Source of the DNA: an uncultured Alphaproteobacteria bacterium
GTDB lineage: Bacteria > Pseudomonadota > Alphaproteobacteria > HIMB59 > GCA-002718135
Assembly (NCBI GenBank): GCA_902560675.1
Contig: CACEMP010000003.1
Coordinates: forward strand, 13,512 to 77,511
Direction of reading: 5' to 3'
Length of the DNA: 64,000 bases
Shown here: positions 12,776-23,150 of the stretch, piece after piece
Position numbering within the stretch: position 1 is the first letter of the stretch
Layout: the number at the start of each line of letters is the position of its first letter
Notes under the pieces: model-generated
Told to the model about the DNA's origin: nothing
The model's database searches: none
What the model saw: the letters and a program-made list of their open reading frames with translations, nothing else
Translations under genes and position numbers: made by a program

Positions 12776-13108
12776 ATGAAAACAAGAGCAGAAAAAATTA
12801 GATATAAATTAAAAAAAATCTCTGATAGAATGAGACTTTCGGTATTCAAATCAAATTCACATATATATGCTCAAATTATTGATGATAAAAAGGGTTTTAC
12901 TCTAGCATCTTCATCTTCATTAGATAACAAGATTAAGGAAAAAAAACTTAACAGAAAAGAATTAGCAGAAAAAATAGGCTCAGAAATTGCAAAAAAATCT
13001 ATCTCTAAAGGAATCAAAGAAGTTGCTTTTGACAGAGGTAAATACAGATATCATGGCTTAATTAAAATACTTGCTGAAGCTGCTAGAAAAGAAGGTCTAA
13101 ATTTTTAA
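12776..13108 (+). CDS. rplR: 50S ribosomal protein L18
   Basis: [28 protein letters not shown]; start moved to ATG 12776 to avoid overlapping rplF. Confidence 0.97.
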   Translation: MKTRAEKIRYKLKKISDRMRLSVFKSNSHIYAQIIDDKKGFTLASSSSLDNKIKEKKLNRKELAEKIGSEIAKKSISKGIKEVAFDRGKYRYHGLIKILAEAARKEGLNF

Positions 13109-13117
13109 AGGATATTT

Positions 13118-13624
13118 ATGATAGATAATGATAAAAATGAATTCAGTGAACATTTAGTTACTATAAATAGAGTAGCTAAAGTTGTTAAAGGTGGTAGAAG
13201 ATTTGGTTTTGCTGCAATAATGATTGTTGGAGACAACAAGGGCAGAGTTGGAATTGGAACTGGGAAAGCTAAAGAAGTTCCTGAAGCTGTTCGTAAGGCA
13301 ACTGAAAATGCAAAAAATAAAATGATTAGGGTACATTTAAAAGAAAATAGAACTATTCATCATGATATAGTTGGTAGATTTGGGGCAGGCAAAGTAATAT
13401 TAAGATCGGCTGCTCCTGGTACAGGTATAATTGCTGGAGGTCCAATGAGAGCACTTTTTGAGTCTTTAGGTGTTAAAGATGTAGTTGCAAAATCGACTGG
13501 AACTTCTAACCCTCATAATATGCTAAAAGCAACTTTCAATGCTTTTAAATCATCTGAGTCCCCAAAGTCAATCGCATCTAAAAGATCAATTAAAATAAGT
13601 GATTTAACTAATAACAAAACCTAA
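13118..13624 (+). CDS. rpsE: 30S ribosomal protein S5
   Basis: [22 protein letters not shown]. Confidence 0.99.
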   Translation: MIDNDKNEFSEHLVTINRVAKVVKGGRRFGFAAIMIVGDNKGRVGIGTGKAKEVPEAVRKATENAKNKMIRVHLKENRTIHHDIVGRFGAGKVILRSAAPGTGIIAGGPMRALFESLGVKDVVAKSTGTSNPHNMLKATFNAFKSSESPKSIASKRSIKISDLTNNKT

Positions 13625-13631
13625 AACTAGT

Positions 13632-14090
13632 ATGAAAATTAACGAATTAAAATCAACAAAGACATTTAATAAAGATAAAAAAAGAGTTGGTAGAGGCTCT
13701 GGCTCCGGATTAGGCAAAACTTCAGGAAGAGGAGTTAAGGGCCAAAAATCAAGATCTGGAGTTTCTATAAATGGTTTTGAAGGTGGACAAATGCCTTTGT
13801 ACAGAAGATTACCAAAAAGAGGTTTTAAAAACATTTTTAAGAAAAAAATACAGGCAATTAATTTTAAAATTTTGAATAATATTATAAAAAAATATAATTT
13901 AGATACTAATTTGATCAAAGAATCCGATCTTTTTGAAAAAAAAATATTTAAAAAATCTAAAGGAAATTTAAAACTTCTTAATATTGGTAAAATTGATAAA
14001 CCGTTTACTATAGAAATTTCATTTGCTTCTAAGGGAGCAATTGATGTTTTAGAAAAAAATGGTGGAAAAATTAACTTAACTAATAAATAA
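13632..14090 (+). CDS. rplO: 50S ribosomal protein L15
   Basis: RVGRGSGSGLGKTSGRG, FEGGQMPLYRRLPKRGF. Confidence 0.99.
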   Translation: MKINELKSTKTFNKDKKRVGRGSGSGLGKTSGRGVKGQKSRSGVSINGFEGGQMPLYRRLPKRGFKNIFKKKIQAINFKILNNIIKKYNLDTNLIKESDLFEKKIFKKSKGNLKLLNIGKIDKPFTIEISFASKGAIDVLEKNGGKINLTNK

Positions 14091-14091
14091 T

Positions 14092-15432
14092 ATGGCAACA
14101 GCTGCAGACAGATTAGCGAATAATATTAATTTTGGAGCTCTTGGCAAAGCGACTGAATTAAGACAGAGGCTATTATTCACTCTGGGGGCCCTTATAGTTT
14201 TTAGATTAGGGACCTTTCTTCCAATACCAGGAATTAATCCTATTGCTCTCCAACAATTTTTTGAACAGCAATCATCAGGAATTTTAGGAATTTTCGACAC
14301 TTTTTCTGGGGGCGCTCTAGGAAGAATGGGTATATTTGCTTTAGGAGTTATGCCTTACATATCTTCATCAATAATCATGACATTAATGCAAACAGCAATC
14401 CCATATCTTAAAACTTTAAAAGAACAGGGAACAAAAGGAAGAAGGCAGCTTTTACAATATACAAGGTACTTTACTGTTATTATTGCAGCACTTCAAGGTT
14501 ATGGTGTCTCTATCGGACTAGAATCAATGCAGACTGCTTATGGGAATATTGTATTTGAACCAGGAATTTTTTTTAGATTAACTACTGTTATCACATTAGT
14601 GGGAGGAACTATCTTTTTAATGTGGCTTGGTGAACAAATCTCATCTAGAGGTGTTGGAAATGGTATTTCACTTATTATTACAGCTGGTATAATTGCAAAC
14701 CTCCCAAGTGCTTTTGTAAGTACTCTTCAACTAGGTAGAACAGGGGAATTAAGTATTGCATTTATTTTAGGTATTCTGATTTTAATTTTATTATTAATTA
14801 TTTTCATAGTCTTTGTAGAAAAAGGTCAAAGAAGAATTCCAGTTCAATATCCAAAAAGACAAGTTGGAAATAAGATTTACGGAGGTCAAAGCTCACATTT
14901 ACCTCTCAAAATAAATACTGCAGGGGTTATTCCAGTCATATTTGCTTCTTCAATATTATTATTACCTAATACAATGTCTGGATTTGGAGCTGGATCATCA
15001 AGTGATATATTTATTTTTATTTCAAGTTACTTAGGAAGAGGGCAGCCTCTATACTTAGCAATGTATGCAGCAATGATTATTTTCTTTGGGTTTTTTTATA
15101 CTGGAATTGTTTTTAATCCTGACGAACAGGCAGAAAATTTAAGAAAATATGGTGGTTTTATTCCTGGAATAAGACCAGGTGAAAACACAGCAAAATACAT
15201 AGAGTTTGTACTTACAAGACTTACAACCATTGGTACTATTTATTTAACCTTTGTTGCACTTCTTCCAGAATTTTTATTATCGAGAACATCCATTCCTTTT
15301 TACTTAGGGGGTACAGCTTTACTAATTGTTGTTGTGGTAATGATAGATTTTATAAATCAAGTTCAATCTCATTTGTTTCAACATCAATACGAAGGTCTCT
15401 TGAAAAAGACAAAGTTAAAAGGCAGAAGATAA
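14092..15432 (+). CDS. secY: Preprotein translocase subunit SecY
   Basis: IFALGVMPYISSSI, GVGNGISLII, PLKINTAGVIPVIFA, IPGIRPG. Confidence 0.99.
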   Translation: MATAADRLANNINFGALGKATELRQRLLFTLGALIVFRLGTFLPIPGINPIALQQFFEQQSSGILGIFDTFSGGALGRMGIFALGVMPYISSSIIMTLMQTAIPYLKTLKEQGTKGRRQLLQYTRYFTVIIAALQGYGVSIGLESMQTAYGNIVFEPGIFFRLTTVITLVGGTIFLMWLGEQISSRGVGNGISLIITAGIIANLPSAFVSTLQLGRTGELSIAFILGILILILLLIIFIVFVEKGQRRIPVQYPKRQVGNKIYGGQSSHLPLKINTAGVIPVIFASSILLLPNTMSGFGAGSSSDIFIFISSYLGRGQPLYLAMYAAMIIFFGFFYTGIVFNPDEQAENLRKYGGFIPGIRPGENTAKYIEFVLTRLTTIGTIYLTFVALLPEFLLSRTSIPFYLGGTALLIVVVVMIDFINQVQSHLFQHQYEGLLKKTKLKGRR

Positions 15433-15433
15433 T

Positions 15434-16003
15434 TTGTACAATTTAATTTTTTTTGGTCCACCGGGTGCAGGCAAGGGGACACAAGCAAAAATAATATCAA
15501 AGCATCTTAATATACCTCATCTTTCAACTGGAGATATATTAAGATCAAAAATTGAAAAAAAAGATGTACTTGCTACACAATTAAAAGAAATAATTGCGAG
15601 TGGTAAATTAGTTTCTGATGATATTCTAAATACAATAGTCGCTGAAAAAATAATTAACGATTGTAAAGATGGTTTTATTCTTGACGGATATCCAAGAACA
15701 ATGAATCAGTTTTATTTTATTGATAACTTATTAAAAGAAAACGAAATGTATTTGAATTTCATTTTTAATATTAATATTCCTCTTAGTGTTTTAAAGGATA
15801 GAATACTAAAAAGGTCTAAAGAAGAAAACAGAGACGATGATGATATTAGTGTTGTTGAGACCAGATACAAAGAGTATTTAAATTCTACAGAAATTGTATC
15901 ACAACATTATAAGCAAAATTATGGAGAAATCTTTTATGAGATTGACGGTATTGATGAAATTGAAGAAATTACTATAAAAATTCAAAAAATCCTAAAAAAA
16001 TGA
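15434..16003 (+). CDS. adk: Adenylate kinase, short-LID type
   Basis: GPPGAGKGTQ, STGDILR, GFILDGYPR, short LID R...RDDD; TTG start. Confidence 0.96.
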   Translation: MYNLIFFGPPGAGKGTQAKIISKHLNIPHLSTGDILRSKIEKKDVLATQLKEIIASGKLVSDDILNTIVAEKIINDCKDGFILDGYPRTMNQFYFIDNLLKENEMYLNFIFNINIPLSVLKDRILKRSKEENRDDDDISVVETRYKEYLNSTEIVSQHYKQNYGEIFYEIDGIDEIEEITIKIQKILKK

Positions 16004-16035
16004 TTAAAAACTGCCAAATTTTACTATATCTCTAC

Positions 16036-16065
16036 TTGACTAGCCTATGATAAATCATGTATTCA
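16036..16065 (+). promoter_or_regulatory. Putative promoter of the alpha operon
   Basis: TTGACT (16036-16041), 18-nt spacer, TATTCA (16060-16065), in the 90-nt gap before rpsM. Confidence 0.45.
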
Positions 16066-16093
16066 CCCTCATTCATTTTTAGAAGATTTCACT

Positions 16094-16474
16094 ATGGCTA
16101 GAATATCTGGAGTAAACATTCCTACTAACAAAAGAGTGCATATAGCATTGACATATATTTATGGTATTGGATTAAAAACTGCAACGGATATATGCAGCAA
16201 ATCATCAATAGATCTATCTAAAAGAGTTAGTGAACTTAATGACGATGAATTAAATAAAATAAGAGACCATATTGATAACAGCTATTCAGTTGAAGGTGAC
16301 TTAAGAAGAAAGATATCAATGGATATTAAAAGATTAAACGATCTAGGTTGCTATAGAGGTTTGAGACATAGAAAAAAACTTCCAGTTAGAGGTCAAAGAA
16401 CACATACGAATGCTAGAACAAGAAAAGGTAAAGCAGTTGCAATTGCTGGCAAGAAAAAAGTTACTAAGGGATAA
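16094..16474 (+). CDS. rpsM: 30S ribosomal protein S13
   Basis: [33 protein letters not shown]. Confidence 0.99.
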   Translation: MARISGVNIPTNKRVHIALTYIYGIGLKTATDICSKSSIDLSKRVSELNDDELNKIRDHIDNSYSVEGDLRRKISMDIKRLNDLGCYRGLRHRKKLPVRGQRTHTNARTRKGKAVAIAGKKKVTKG

Positions 16475-16486
16475 AGAGTTAAATTA

Positions 16487-16867
16487 ATGGTTGAGAAAAA
16501 GAAAAACAAAACAAAGAAAAAAGTTTCTTCTGGTGTTGCTCATATTGTATCATCTTTTAATAATACAATAATTACAATATCTGATGAAAAAGGAAATGCG
16601 CTTGCATGGTCTTCGTCTGGTCATAAAGGATTTAAAGGATCAAGAAAATCTACACCATACGCTGCTCAGATAGCAGCAGAAGATGTTGGAAATAAAGCAA
16701 AAGAATTCGGTTTAAAGTCTCTTAAGGTAGAAGTATCTGGACCTGGTTCTGGCAGGGAGTCTGCATTACGATCTCTACAATCCATAGGTTACATTATTAC
16801 ATCTATAAAAGACGTTACACCAATACCGCATAATGGTTGCAGACCACGAAAAAGAAGAAGAGTTTAA
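16487..16867 (+). CDS. rpsK: 30S ribosomal protein S11
   Basis: [30 protein letters not shown]. Confidence 0.99.
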   Translation: MVEKKKNKTKKKVSSGVAHIVSSFNNTIITISDEKGNALAWSSSGHKGFKGSRKSTPYAAQIAAEDVGNKAKEFGLKSLKVEVSGPGSGRESALRSLQSIGYIITSIKDVTPIPHNGCRPRKRRRV

Positions 16868-16884
16868 TAAATAAGGAGCATTAA

Positions 16885-17907
16885 GTGTTACAAAAAAATT
16901 GGAGTGAATTAATTAAACCAAGTAAAATGGAAGTTAACGTAGATGAAACAAATGGCAAAAAAGGTATTTTAACTGCAGAACCTCTTGAAAGAGGTTTTGG
17001 TCTTACATTGGGAAATGCAATTAGAAGAATACTTCTATCATCCTTACAGGGAGCAGCAATAACTTCAGTAAAGATAAAAGGTGTGGTACATGAATTTTCT
17101 ACAATTCCTGGGGTAAAGGAAGATTTAACTGATATACTATTAAATCTTAAAACTGTTGCAGTTAAAGTTCATTCTACTGGCTTAAAAAAAATGTATTTAA
17201 AATCATCAGGATCTGGAGAACTGCGTGCTGGAAATTTTGAAACTGACTCTGAAACTGAAATAATGAATCCAGATCAATTAATTATGACTCTAGACTCAAA
17301 CGCTGATATTGAAATTGAGGCTAATGTTGAAACAGGAAAAGGATATGTATCTGCTGAAGTAGCTGAAGATGAAAATAAAATAATTGGTGAAATTAAGCTT
17401 GATGCTATGTTCAGTCCTGTAATTAAAACATCGTATAAAATTGAAAATAGTAGAGTTGGACAAGTTACAGACTATGATAAATTAATATTTGAAGTTGAAA
17501 CAAATGGTGTAATATCACCTGATGATGCAATCGCTCTAGCAGCTAGAATACTGCAAGACCAACTTCAACCATTTATTAATTTTGATGAACCAGAGGTGCT
17601 GCCAGATCAGTCTTCTGTTGAAAAACTATCCTTTAATTCAAATTTATTAAAAAAAGTTGAAGAGTTAGAACTTTCCGTAAGATCTGCAAATTGTTTAAAA
17701 AATGATAACATTATTTACATAGGTGATCTAGTTCAAAAATCAGAGTCAGAAATGCTAAGAACACCAAATTTTGGAAGAAAATCCCTTAATGAAATTAAAG
17801 AAGTTCTTCAGCAGATGGAATTAAATCTAGGAATGTCAGTTCCTGATTGGCCCCCTGAAAATATTGATGAGCTAGCAAAAAAATATGAGGATCCATTTAA
17901 TAAATAG
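16885..17907 (+). CDS. rpoA: RNA polymerase alpha subunit
   Basis: [43 protein letters not shown]; GTG start after SD AAGGAG. Confidence 0.99.
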   Translation: MLQKNWSELIKPSKMEVNVDETNGKKGILTAEPLERGFGLTLGNAIRRILLSSLQGAAITSVKIKGVVHEFSTIPGVKEDLTDILLNLKTVAVKVHSTGLKKMYLKSSGSGELRAGNFETDSETEIMNPDQLIMTLDSNADIEIEANVETGKGYVSAEVAEDENKIIGEIKLDAMFSPVIKTSYKIENSRVGQVTDYDKLIFEVETNGVISPDDAIALAARILQDQLQPFINFDEPEVLPDQSSVEKLSFNSNLLKKVEELELSVRSANCLKNDNIIYIGDLVQKSESEMLRTPNFGRKSLNEIKEVLQQMELNLGMSVPDWPPENIDELAKKYEDPFNK

Positions 17908-18345
17908 ATGAAACACAATATTAAAAATAGAAAACTAAACAGAACTTCGTCACATAGGCTTGCAATGTTAAAGAATCTTTCTAATGCTCTTATTAAACAT
18001 GAACAAATAACAACTACTTTACCAAAAGCTAAAGAATTAAAAAAATTTGTTGAAAAAATTATTACTTTAGGAAAAAAAGGGGATTTGTCTTCTAGAAGAA
18101 GGTGTCAATCAAATACTAATGATCAAAAAATGACAGAAAAGATTTTTAATATCTTTGCTAAAAGATATGAATCAAGAAAAGGTGGATATACAAGAATCAT
18201 AAAATTAGGCAATAGATTTGGAGATAATGCACCAATGGCTGTTATTGAGTTAGTTGATAGAGACGAAGATGCTAAAGGTAAAGATAGCGGACCTGTGGTC
18301 ATGAAAAAATCAACAGAAGAAACAGAAGATCAACCTCAAGTTTAA
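17908..18345 (+). CDS. rplQ: 50S ribosomal protein L17
   Basis: [35 protein letters not shown]. Confidence 0.99.
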   Translation: MKHNIKNRKLNRTSSHRLAMLKNLSNALIKHEQITTTLPKAKELKKFVEKIITLGKKGDLSSRRRCQSNTNDQKMTEKIFNIFAKRYESRKGGYTRIIKLGNRFGDNAPMAVIELVDRDEDAKGKDSGPVVMKKSTEETEDQPQV

Positions 18346-18351
18346 TATATA

Positions 18352-18720
18352 TTGTTACACATTTTATTAGTCGCTGCTGGAGGTGCAACTGGTGCTTTAT
18401 CCAGATATTCTTTGACAAACATAACTAAATTTTTTTTTTATGAAAGTTTTTATGCTACTTTTTGTATAAATTTAATTGGATCTTTTCTAATTGGTTATTT
18501 TATTTCATTAGGATATGCAAAAAATTATTCAGATTACTTTATAAAATATTTTTTAATTATAGGTTTCTTAGGTTCTTTTACAACTTTTTCAGCTTTTTCT
18601 TATGAAGTATTAGATCTTTTTTTGGAAAAAAAAATATTTTTATCAATCACATATATAGTATCATCAATATTATTTTGTATTTTTGCATCCTTTCTTGGTA
18701 TGCAAATTCATAAGCTTTGA
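18352..18720 (+). CDS. crcB: Fluoride efflux channel Fluc/CrcB
   Basis: GGATGALSRY, INLIGSFLIG, GFLGSFTTFSAF; four hydrophobic helices. Confidence 0.92.
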   Translation: MLHILLVAAGGATGALSRYSLTNITKFFFYESFYATFCINLIGSFLIGYFISLGYAKNYSDYFIKYFLIIGFLGSFTTFSAFSYEVLDLFLEKKIFLSITYIVSSILFCIFASFLGMQIHKL

Positions 18721-19628
18721 AAAAAAAAATAAAAATTAAAAAAACATATGATTTAAGGTTAGATAAATACCTTAAATTAAAATACACTGCATTAACTCAA
18801 GGTTTTATTGAAAAGAATATAAGAAAAAAAAATATTGTTATAAATAACAAAAAAACCATGTCTAGTTATCATGTTCAAAAGGATGATTTATTAGAAATAT
18901 TTAATTTTCATGAAGAAAGATATAAAAACAAAATTATTTTCAAGAAGAATTTAATTATTGACCAAAAACTTATTAATTTATTTCATGAATCAATAATATA
19001 TGAAAATAAAAATTTTTTAGTCCTAAATAAATGGTCCGGAATTGCAACTCAAGGCGGAAGTAAAATAAAAATTTCAATAGACGACATAATAAAACATATA
19101 TCTTCTGAATATAAATTAGTTCATAGGTTAGATAAAGATACTTCTGGCCTCTTAATTATTTCAAAAAACTTAAATTATGCAAATATATTTGGTAATCTAT
19201 TTAAGTTAAGATTAATAGACAAAACGTATTTGGCTATTTGTGATGGTGTTCCACAAAATAAAGAATCAATCGTAAATTTAGATCTTAAAAATAAAAAAAA
19301 TGAAAATGAAAATACAGAAACTTATTATAAAGTATTATGCACTAATAAATATCTATCCTTTGTTATGTTTAAACCTAAAACTGGTAAGACTCATCAATTA
19401 AGAAAAGTTGCTAAAAATCTTAACTCACCAATTATTGGAGATATTAAATACAATAATCATTCTAAACTTAGTAAAGAAAATTTAAAATTAAATGCATATA
19501 ATTTGATATTTAAGATTAAAAATAAAAATTATGAATTTACTTCAAAATTACCATTAGATTTTTTACAATTTTTAAAGAAATATAAGTTTAAAAATTTATC
19601 TAAAATTAAAAACTTAAATCAAAGATAA
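18717..19628 (+). CDS. RluA-family 23S rRNA pseudouridine synthase (RluC-like, N-terminal S4 domain)
   Basis: RLDKYL, NKWSGIATQGG, HRLDKDTSG, TGKTHQLR, PIIGD.KY. Confidence 0.9.
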   Translation: MKKKIKIKKTYDLRLDKYLKLKYTALTQGFIEKNIRKKNIVINNKKTMSSYHVQKDDLLEIFNFHEERYKNKIIFKKNLIIDQKLINLFHESIIYENKNFLVLNKWSGIATQGGSKIKISIDDIIKHISSEYKLVHRLDKDTSGLLIISKNLNYANIFGNLFKLRLIDKTYLAICDGVPQNKESIVNLDLKNKKNENENTETYYKVLCTNKYLSFVMFKPKTGKTHQLRKVAKNLNSPIIGDIKYNNHSKLSKENLKLNAYNLIFKIKNKNYEFTSKLPLDFLQFLKKYKFKNLSKIKNLNQR

Positions 19629-20261
19629 ATTTTTAATAAATTTTTGTTCAAATTTTAAATCAAACTCTTCTTTTGAAATATTTAAATTTAATTCACTTAA
19701 TGAAGTGTTTTCATAATTCTGTAGGCCACAGGAATGAATAAATTTATAGTATCTTAAATCAGGATTTATATTAAAACTTAAGCCATGGTATGTCACCCAT
19801 TTAGAAATTCTTAATCCAATTGCGCCAATTTTTTTCTCTTGTTTGAATTCAATATTATTTGATTTGGTTACCCAAATACCAACCCTATCCTTAAATGATC
19901 TAGCCTCGACATGGTAATCAGCTAAAAAACTAATTAAGGAATTTTCTATTACTGTTATAAATTTTCTTATATCTTTTTTTCTTTCATTTAAATTTATCAT
20001 AAAATATACAATTCTTTGTCCAGGTCCATGATATGTAGTTTTTCCACCCCTATTAGTTTTAATAACATCAACATTATTTTTTTTTATAATTTCATTATCT
20101 TTTGCACTAGTACCTTGAGTATAGATATGATTATGCTCAAGGAACCAAATTAATTCATTTAAATTTTCAGATTGAATTTTTTTAATTCGTAGATCCATAA
20201 ATTTTAAAGCTGATTCGTAGTTCACAAGATTTAATGATTTTTTAATTTCAATTTTATTCAT
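19614..20261 (-). CDS. lipB: Lipoyl(octanoyl) transferase
   Basis: LEH..IYTQG, RGGKTTYHGPGQ, KIGAIG, TYHGLSFN, CG. Confidence 0.96.
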   Translation of the reverse strand: MNKIEIKKSLNLVNYESALKFMDLRIKKIQSENLNELIWFLEHNHIYTQGTSAKDNEIIKKNNVDVIKTNRGGKTTYHGPGQRIVYFMINLNERKKDIRKFITVIENSLISFLADYHVEARSFKDRVGIWVTKSNNIEFKQEKKIGAIGLRISKWVTYHGLSFNINPDLRYYKFIHSCGLQNYENTSLSELNLNISKEEFDLKFEQKFIKNLSLI

Positions 20262-20328
20262 TTTTTTTTAGTTTTTTTTGATATGTTGATACTTAATAGC
20301 CTATCTGTTATTTAATTCTAGTATATAT

Positions 20329-20415
20329 GCGGCTGTGGCGGAATTGGTATACGCGCAGCGTTGAGGTCGCTGTGGGATTTATCCTGTGGAAGTTCAAGTC
20401 TTCTCAGCCGCACCA
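20329..20415 (+). tRNA. tRNA-Leu (anticodon GAG), CCA encoded
   Basis: Acceptor stem GCGGCTG/CAGCCGC plus ACCA; D-loop GGAATTGGTATAC; anticodon arm CAGCG-TTGAGGT-CGCTG; long variable arm; T-loop GTTCAAG. Confidence 0.96.
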
Positions 20416-20421
20416 ATTAGT

Positions 20422-21786
20422 ATGGAAGAAATTATTATTAAAAAAAATCAAGACTCATTAATTAAATCAATTGAATTAGTAACTAAATATTTAGAAAATT
20501 ATAAGTATGATGATGTTTTATCTTACTTAAAAAATATTCATAATGCAGACATTGCAGATATAATTCAAAATCTAGATCCTGTTTTAAGATTAAGCTTATT
20601 AAATATTGTCGATAAAAATTTTGATCCAGAAATTTTAACTTATTTAAATGATAGTCTAAGAGAAGAAATAATAGAAACTTTAGATATTAAACAGTTGGCT
20701 AATAATGCAAAAAGTCTAGATATTGATGATGCAGTAGATCTAGTTGAAGATTTAGAAGAAAAAGATCAAAATATTTTTTTAGAAAATTTAGATAAAGAGG
20801 AAAGAACTTTAGTTCAAGAAGGCTTAAACTATCCAGAAGACTCTGCGGGTAGATTGATGCAAAGAGAATTTGTCGCTGTTGAACAATCGTGGAATGTTGG
20901 TCAAGCAATTGATTACTTAAGAAGTAATAAAGAGAATTTGCCTGACGATTTTTATGATATCTATTTAGTTAATAATAATGAAGTAAAAGGTGTGGTGCCA
21001 TTAGGAAGATTAATGGGCTCTAAAAGACAAATAAAACTTAATTCTATAAAAAATAAAGAGTTAAGATTAATAGATGTTAACACAGATCAAGAAGACGTAG
21101 CTTTGCTATTCAATAAATATGGATTGGTAAGTGCTCCTGTTATTGATAATCAAAAAAAAATTATTGGATCTATTACTGTTGATGATGTTGTTGAAGTTAT
21201 AGAGGAAGAAAGAGAGGAAGACATTTTAAAACTTGGAGGAGTAGATCATACAGATTTATACGAGTCAGTTATCAGTACAACAAAATCAAGAATTTCATGG
21301 TTAATTGTAAATTTAATGACTGCTGTGGTAGCATCTATAGTTATAGGTTTGTTTGAGGCTGCAATAGAACAAGTAGTTGCTTTGGCAATATTAATGCCTA
21401 TTGTAGCCTCCATGGGTGCTAATGCTGGTACTCAAACATTAACAGTAGCTGTAAGAGCGATAGCAGTAAAAGAATTAACAACCAGTAATGCAATAAAAAT
21501 AATAACAAAAGAGACTTTTATAGGAGGTATCAATGGTATGATATTCGCCATTATAATTTCTTTAATATCTATTTACTGGTTTGAAAATTTTATGTTGGGT
21601 TTAATCATCGGTCTGGCAATGATTTTAAACTTAATACTTGCTGGATTCGCTGGAATTGTAATTCCACTTATATTAGAAAAATTAAGAATTGATCCTGCGT
21701 TAGCATCTGCAGTAATTTTGACTACTATAACAGATGTTTTTGGTTTTTTATCTTTTTTAGGATTAGCAACTTTATTTTTAATATAA
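20422..21786 (+). CDS. mgtE: Magnesium transporter MgtE
   Basis: YPEDSAGRLM, CBS pair, GSITVDD, MPIVASMGANAGTQ, DPALAS..LTTITDVFG; start moved to ATG 20422 because the upstream codons lie inside the tRNA. Confidence 0.96.
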   Translation: MEEIIIKKNQDSLIKSIELVTKYLENYKYDDVLSYLKNIHNADIADIIQNLDPVLRLSLLNIVDKNFDPEILTYLNDSLREEIIETLDIKQLANNAKSLDIDDAVDLVEDLEEKDQNIFLENLDKEERTLVQEGLNYPEDSAGRLMQREFVAVEQSWNVGQAIDYLRSNKENLPDDFYDIYLVNNNEVKGVVPLGRLMGSKRQIKLNSIKNKELRLIDVNTDQEDVALLFNKYGLVSAPVIDNQKKIIGSITVDDVVEVIEEEREEDILKLGGVDHTDLYESVISTTKSRISWLIVNLMTAVVASIVIGLFEAAIEQVVALAILMPIVASMGANAGTQTLTVAVRAIAVKELTTSNAIKIITKETFIGGINGMIFAIIISLISIYWFENFMLGLIIGLAMILNLILAGFAGIVIPLILEKLRIDPALASAVILTTITDVFGFLSFLGLATLFLI

Positions 21787-21809
21787 AGATACCTATTTAA
21801 GTAAATGTG

Positions 21810-23150
21810 ATGTTAAAAAAGAATGATTTAATAGATTATTTTTTTAAGGGAATTAAAAAAAAAGATAATTTAAGAATTGGAGTAGAACATGAAAAATTTG
21901 TTCTCAATAAAGAAAATTTTAACCAACTATCTTATGAAGAGCATAAAGGTATAAAAGATATTTTATTAAAATTTGTAAAAAAAGGATGGAAACCAAAGTA
22001 TGACGATAAAGAAACGACTATAGTGGCTTTAGAAAGGTTTGGTGAAAGTATAACTCTAGAACCAGGAGGTCAGATTGAATTATCTGGAGCACAATTAAAG
22101 AATATTCACCAAACTTGTTCAGAAACAAATAGACATTTAAAAGAATTAAAAGAAGTTGGTAATGAGTTTGGTTTTATACTGTTAGGTTTAGGTGTGGAGC
22201 CTAGCTTATCCTTAGATGAATTACCTTGGATGCCAAAACAAAGATACTCAATAATGAAAAAATATATGCCTAAAGTTGGTACATTAGGACATCATATGAT
22301 GAAGCGTACATGCACAAACCAAGTAAATTTAGATTTCCATTCAGAAAAAGACATGATTTCAAAATATCGATTGATGTTAAATCTTGAAGGGGTAGCAACA
22401 GCAATATTTGCAAACTCACCTTTTGATAGAGGAAGAGTTTCTAGATATAAAAGTCTAAGATCTCATTTCTGGCATTACACTGATAAAGATAGAACAGGTT
22501 TACTTCCATTTGTTTTTGACAAAGATTTTAATTTTGAAAAATATGTAGATTATGCTCTTAATGTTCCAATGTATTTTATAATTAGAAACTATGAGTATAT
22601 TGATATGACCAAATATACTTTCAAAGATTTTCTTGAAAATAATATATCAAAAGAATTAGATATTGAGCCTAAAATTGATGACTGGATAAACCATCTATCA
22701 ACTTTATTTCCTCAAGTTAGATTAAAGCAATTCTTAGAAATTCGTTCTATGGATGCATGTTCGTGGGATTTAATATGTTCTCAACCTGCTTTTTGGATTG
22801 GTATTTTATACAATGATGAATCTTTCGATAAAGTAAATGAAATGGTTGAAGGCTGGAGTCAAGATGATAGAAATTATATAAATAGCATTGCTCCTGAGCA
22901 AGGCTTACAAACAAAATTCAATAATCAAACCCTGCTTGAAATTGCTCAAAAGCTATTTGAAATATCAAAATCAGGTTTAGAAAAAAGAAATATTTTAGAC
23001 AAAAATCAAAAATATAATGAAACTTATTATTTAAAAGATTTAGAAAAAAATTTGTCATGTGGAATGTCACCATCAGATCGATTAATAAAAAAATATAATA
23101 CCGAATGGAAAAAAAATATTAAATACCTATACAAAGAAAATATTTTCTAA
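21810..23150 (+). CDS. gshA: Glutamate--cysteine ligase (alphaproteobacterial/plant type)
   Basis: IGVEHEKF, ITLEPGGQIELSG, MPKQRY, QVNLD, HLSTLFPQVRLK.FLEIR. Confidence 0.93.
   Translation: MLKKNDLIDYFFKGIKKKDNLRIGVEHEKFVLNKENFNQLSYEEHKGIKDILLKFVKKGWKPKYDDKETTIVALERFGESITLEPGGQIELSGAQLKNIHQTCSETNRHLKELKEVGNEFGFILLGLGVEPSLSLDELPWMPKQRYSIMKKYMPKVGTLGHHMMKRTCTNQVNLDFHSEKDMISKYRLMLNLEGVATAIFANSPFDRGRVSRYKSLRSHFWHYTDKDRTGLLPFVFDKDFNFEKYVDYALNVPMYFIIRNYEYIDMTKYTFKDFLENNISKELDIEPKIDDWINHLSTLFPQVRLKQFLEIRSMDACSWDLICSQPAFWIGILYNDESFDKVNEMVEGWSQDDRNYINSIAPEQGLQTKFNNQTLLEIAQKLFEISKSGLEKRNILDKNQKYNETYYLKDLEKNLSCGMSPSDRLIKKYNTEWKKNIKYLYKENIF

Noticed and set aside
16004-18345. Absence of rpsD, rpmJ, infA and map from the spc/alpha region
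   Set aside because: Normal arrangement for Alphaproteobacteria
18346-18351. Fluoride riboswitch upstream of crcB
   Set aside because: There are only 6 nt between rplQ and crcB
18352-20280. Extremely AT-rich stretch with homopolymer runs as a sign of HGT or phase variation
   Set aside because: The genes are intact housekeeping genes; composition reflects drift in weakly constrained proteins
20329-20415. tRNA-Leu as the integration site of a genomic island
   Set aside because: No integrase, no duplicated tRNA 3' end seen, and the downstream genes are housekeeping
20386-20421. N-terminal extension of MgtE given by the ORF track
   Set aside because: It lies within the tRNA-Leu T-arm and acceptor stem; ATG 20422 is the plausible start
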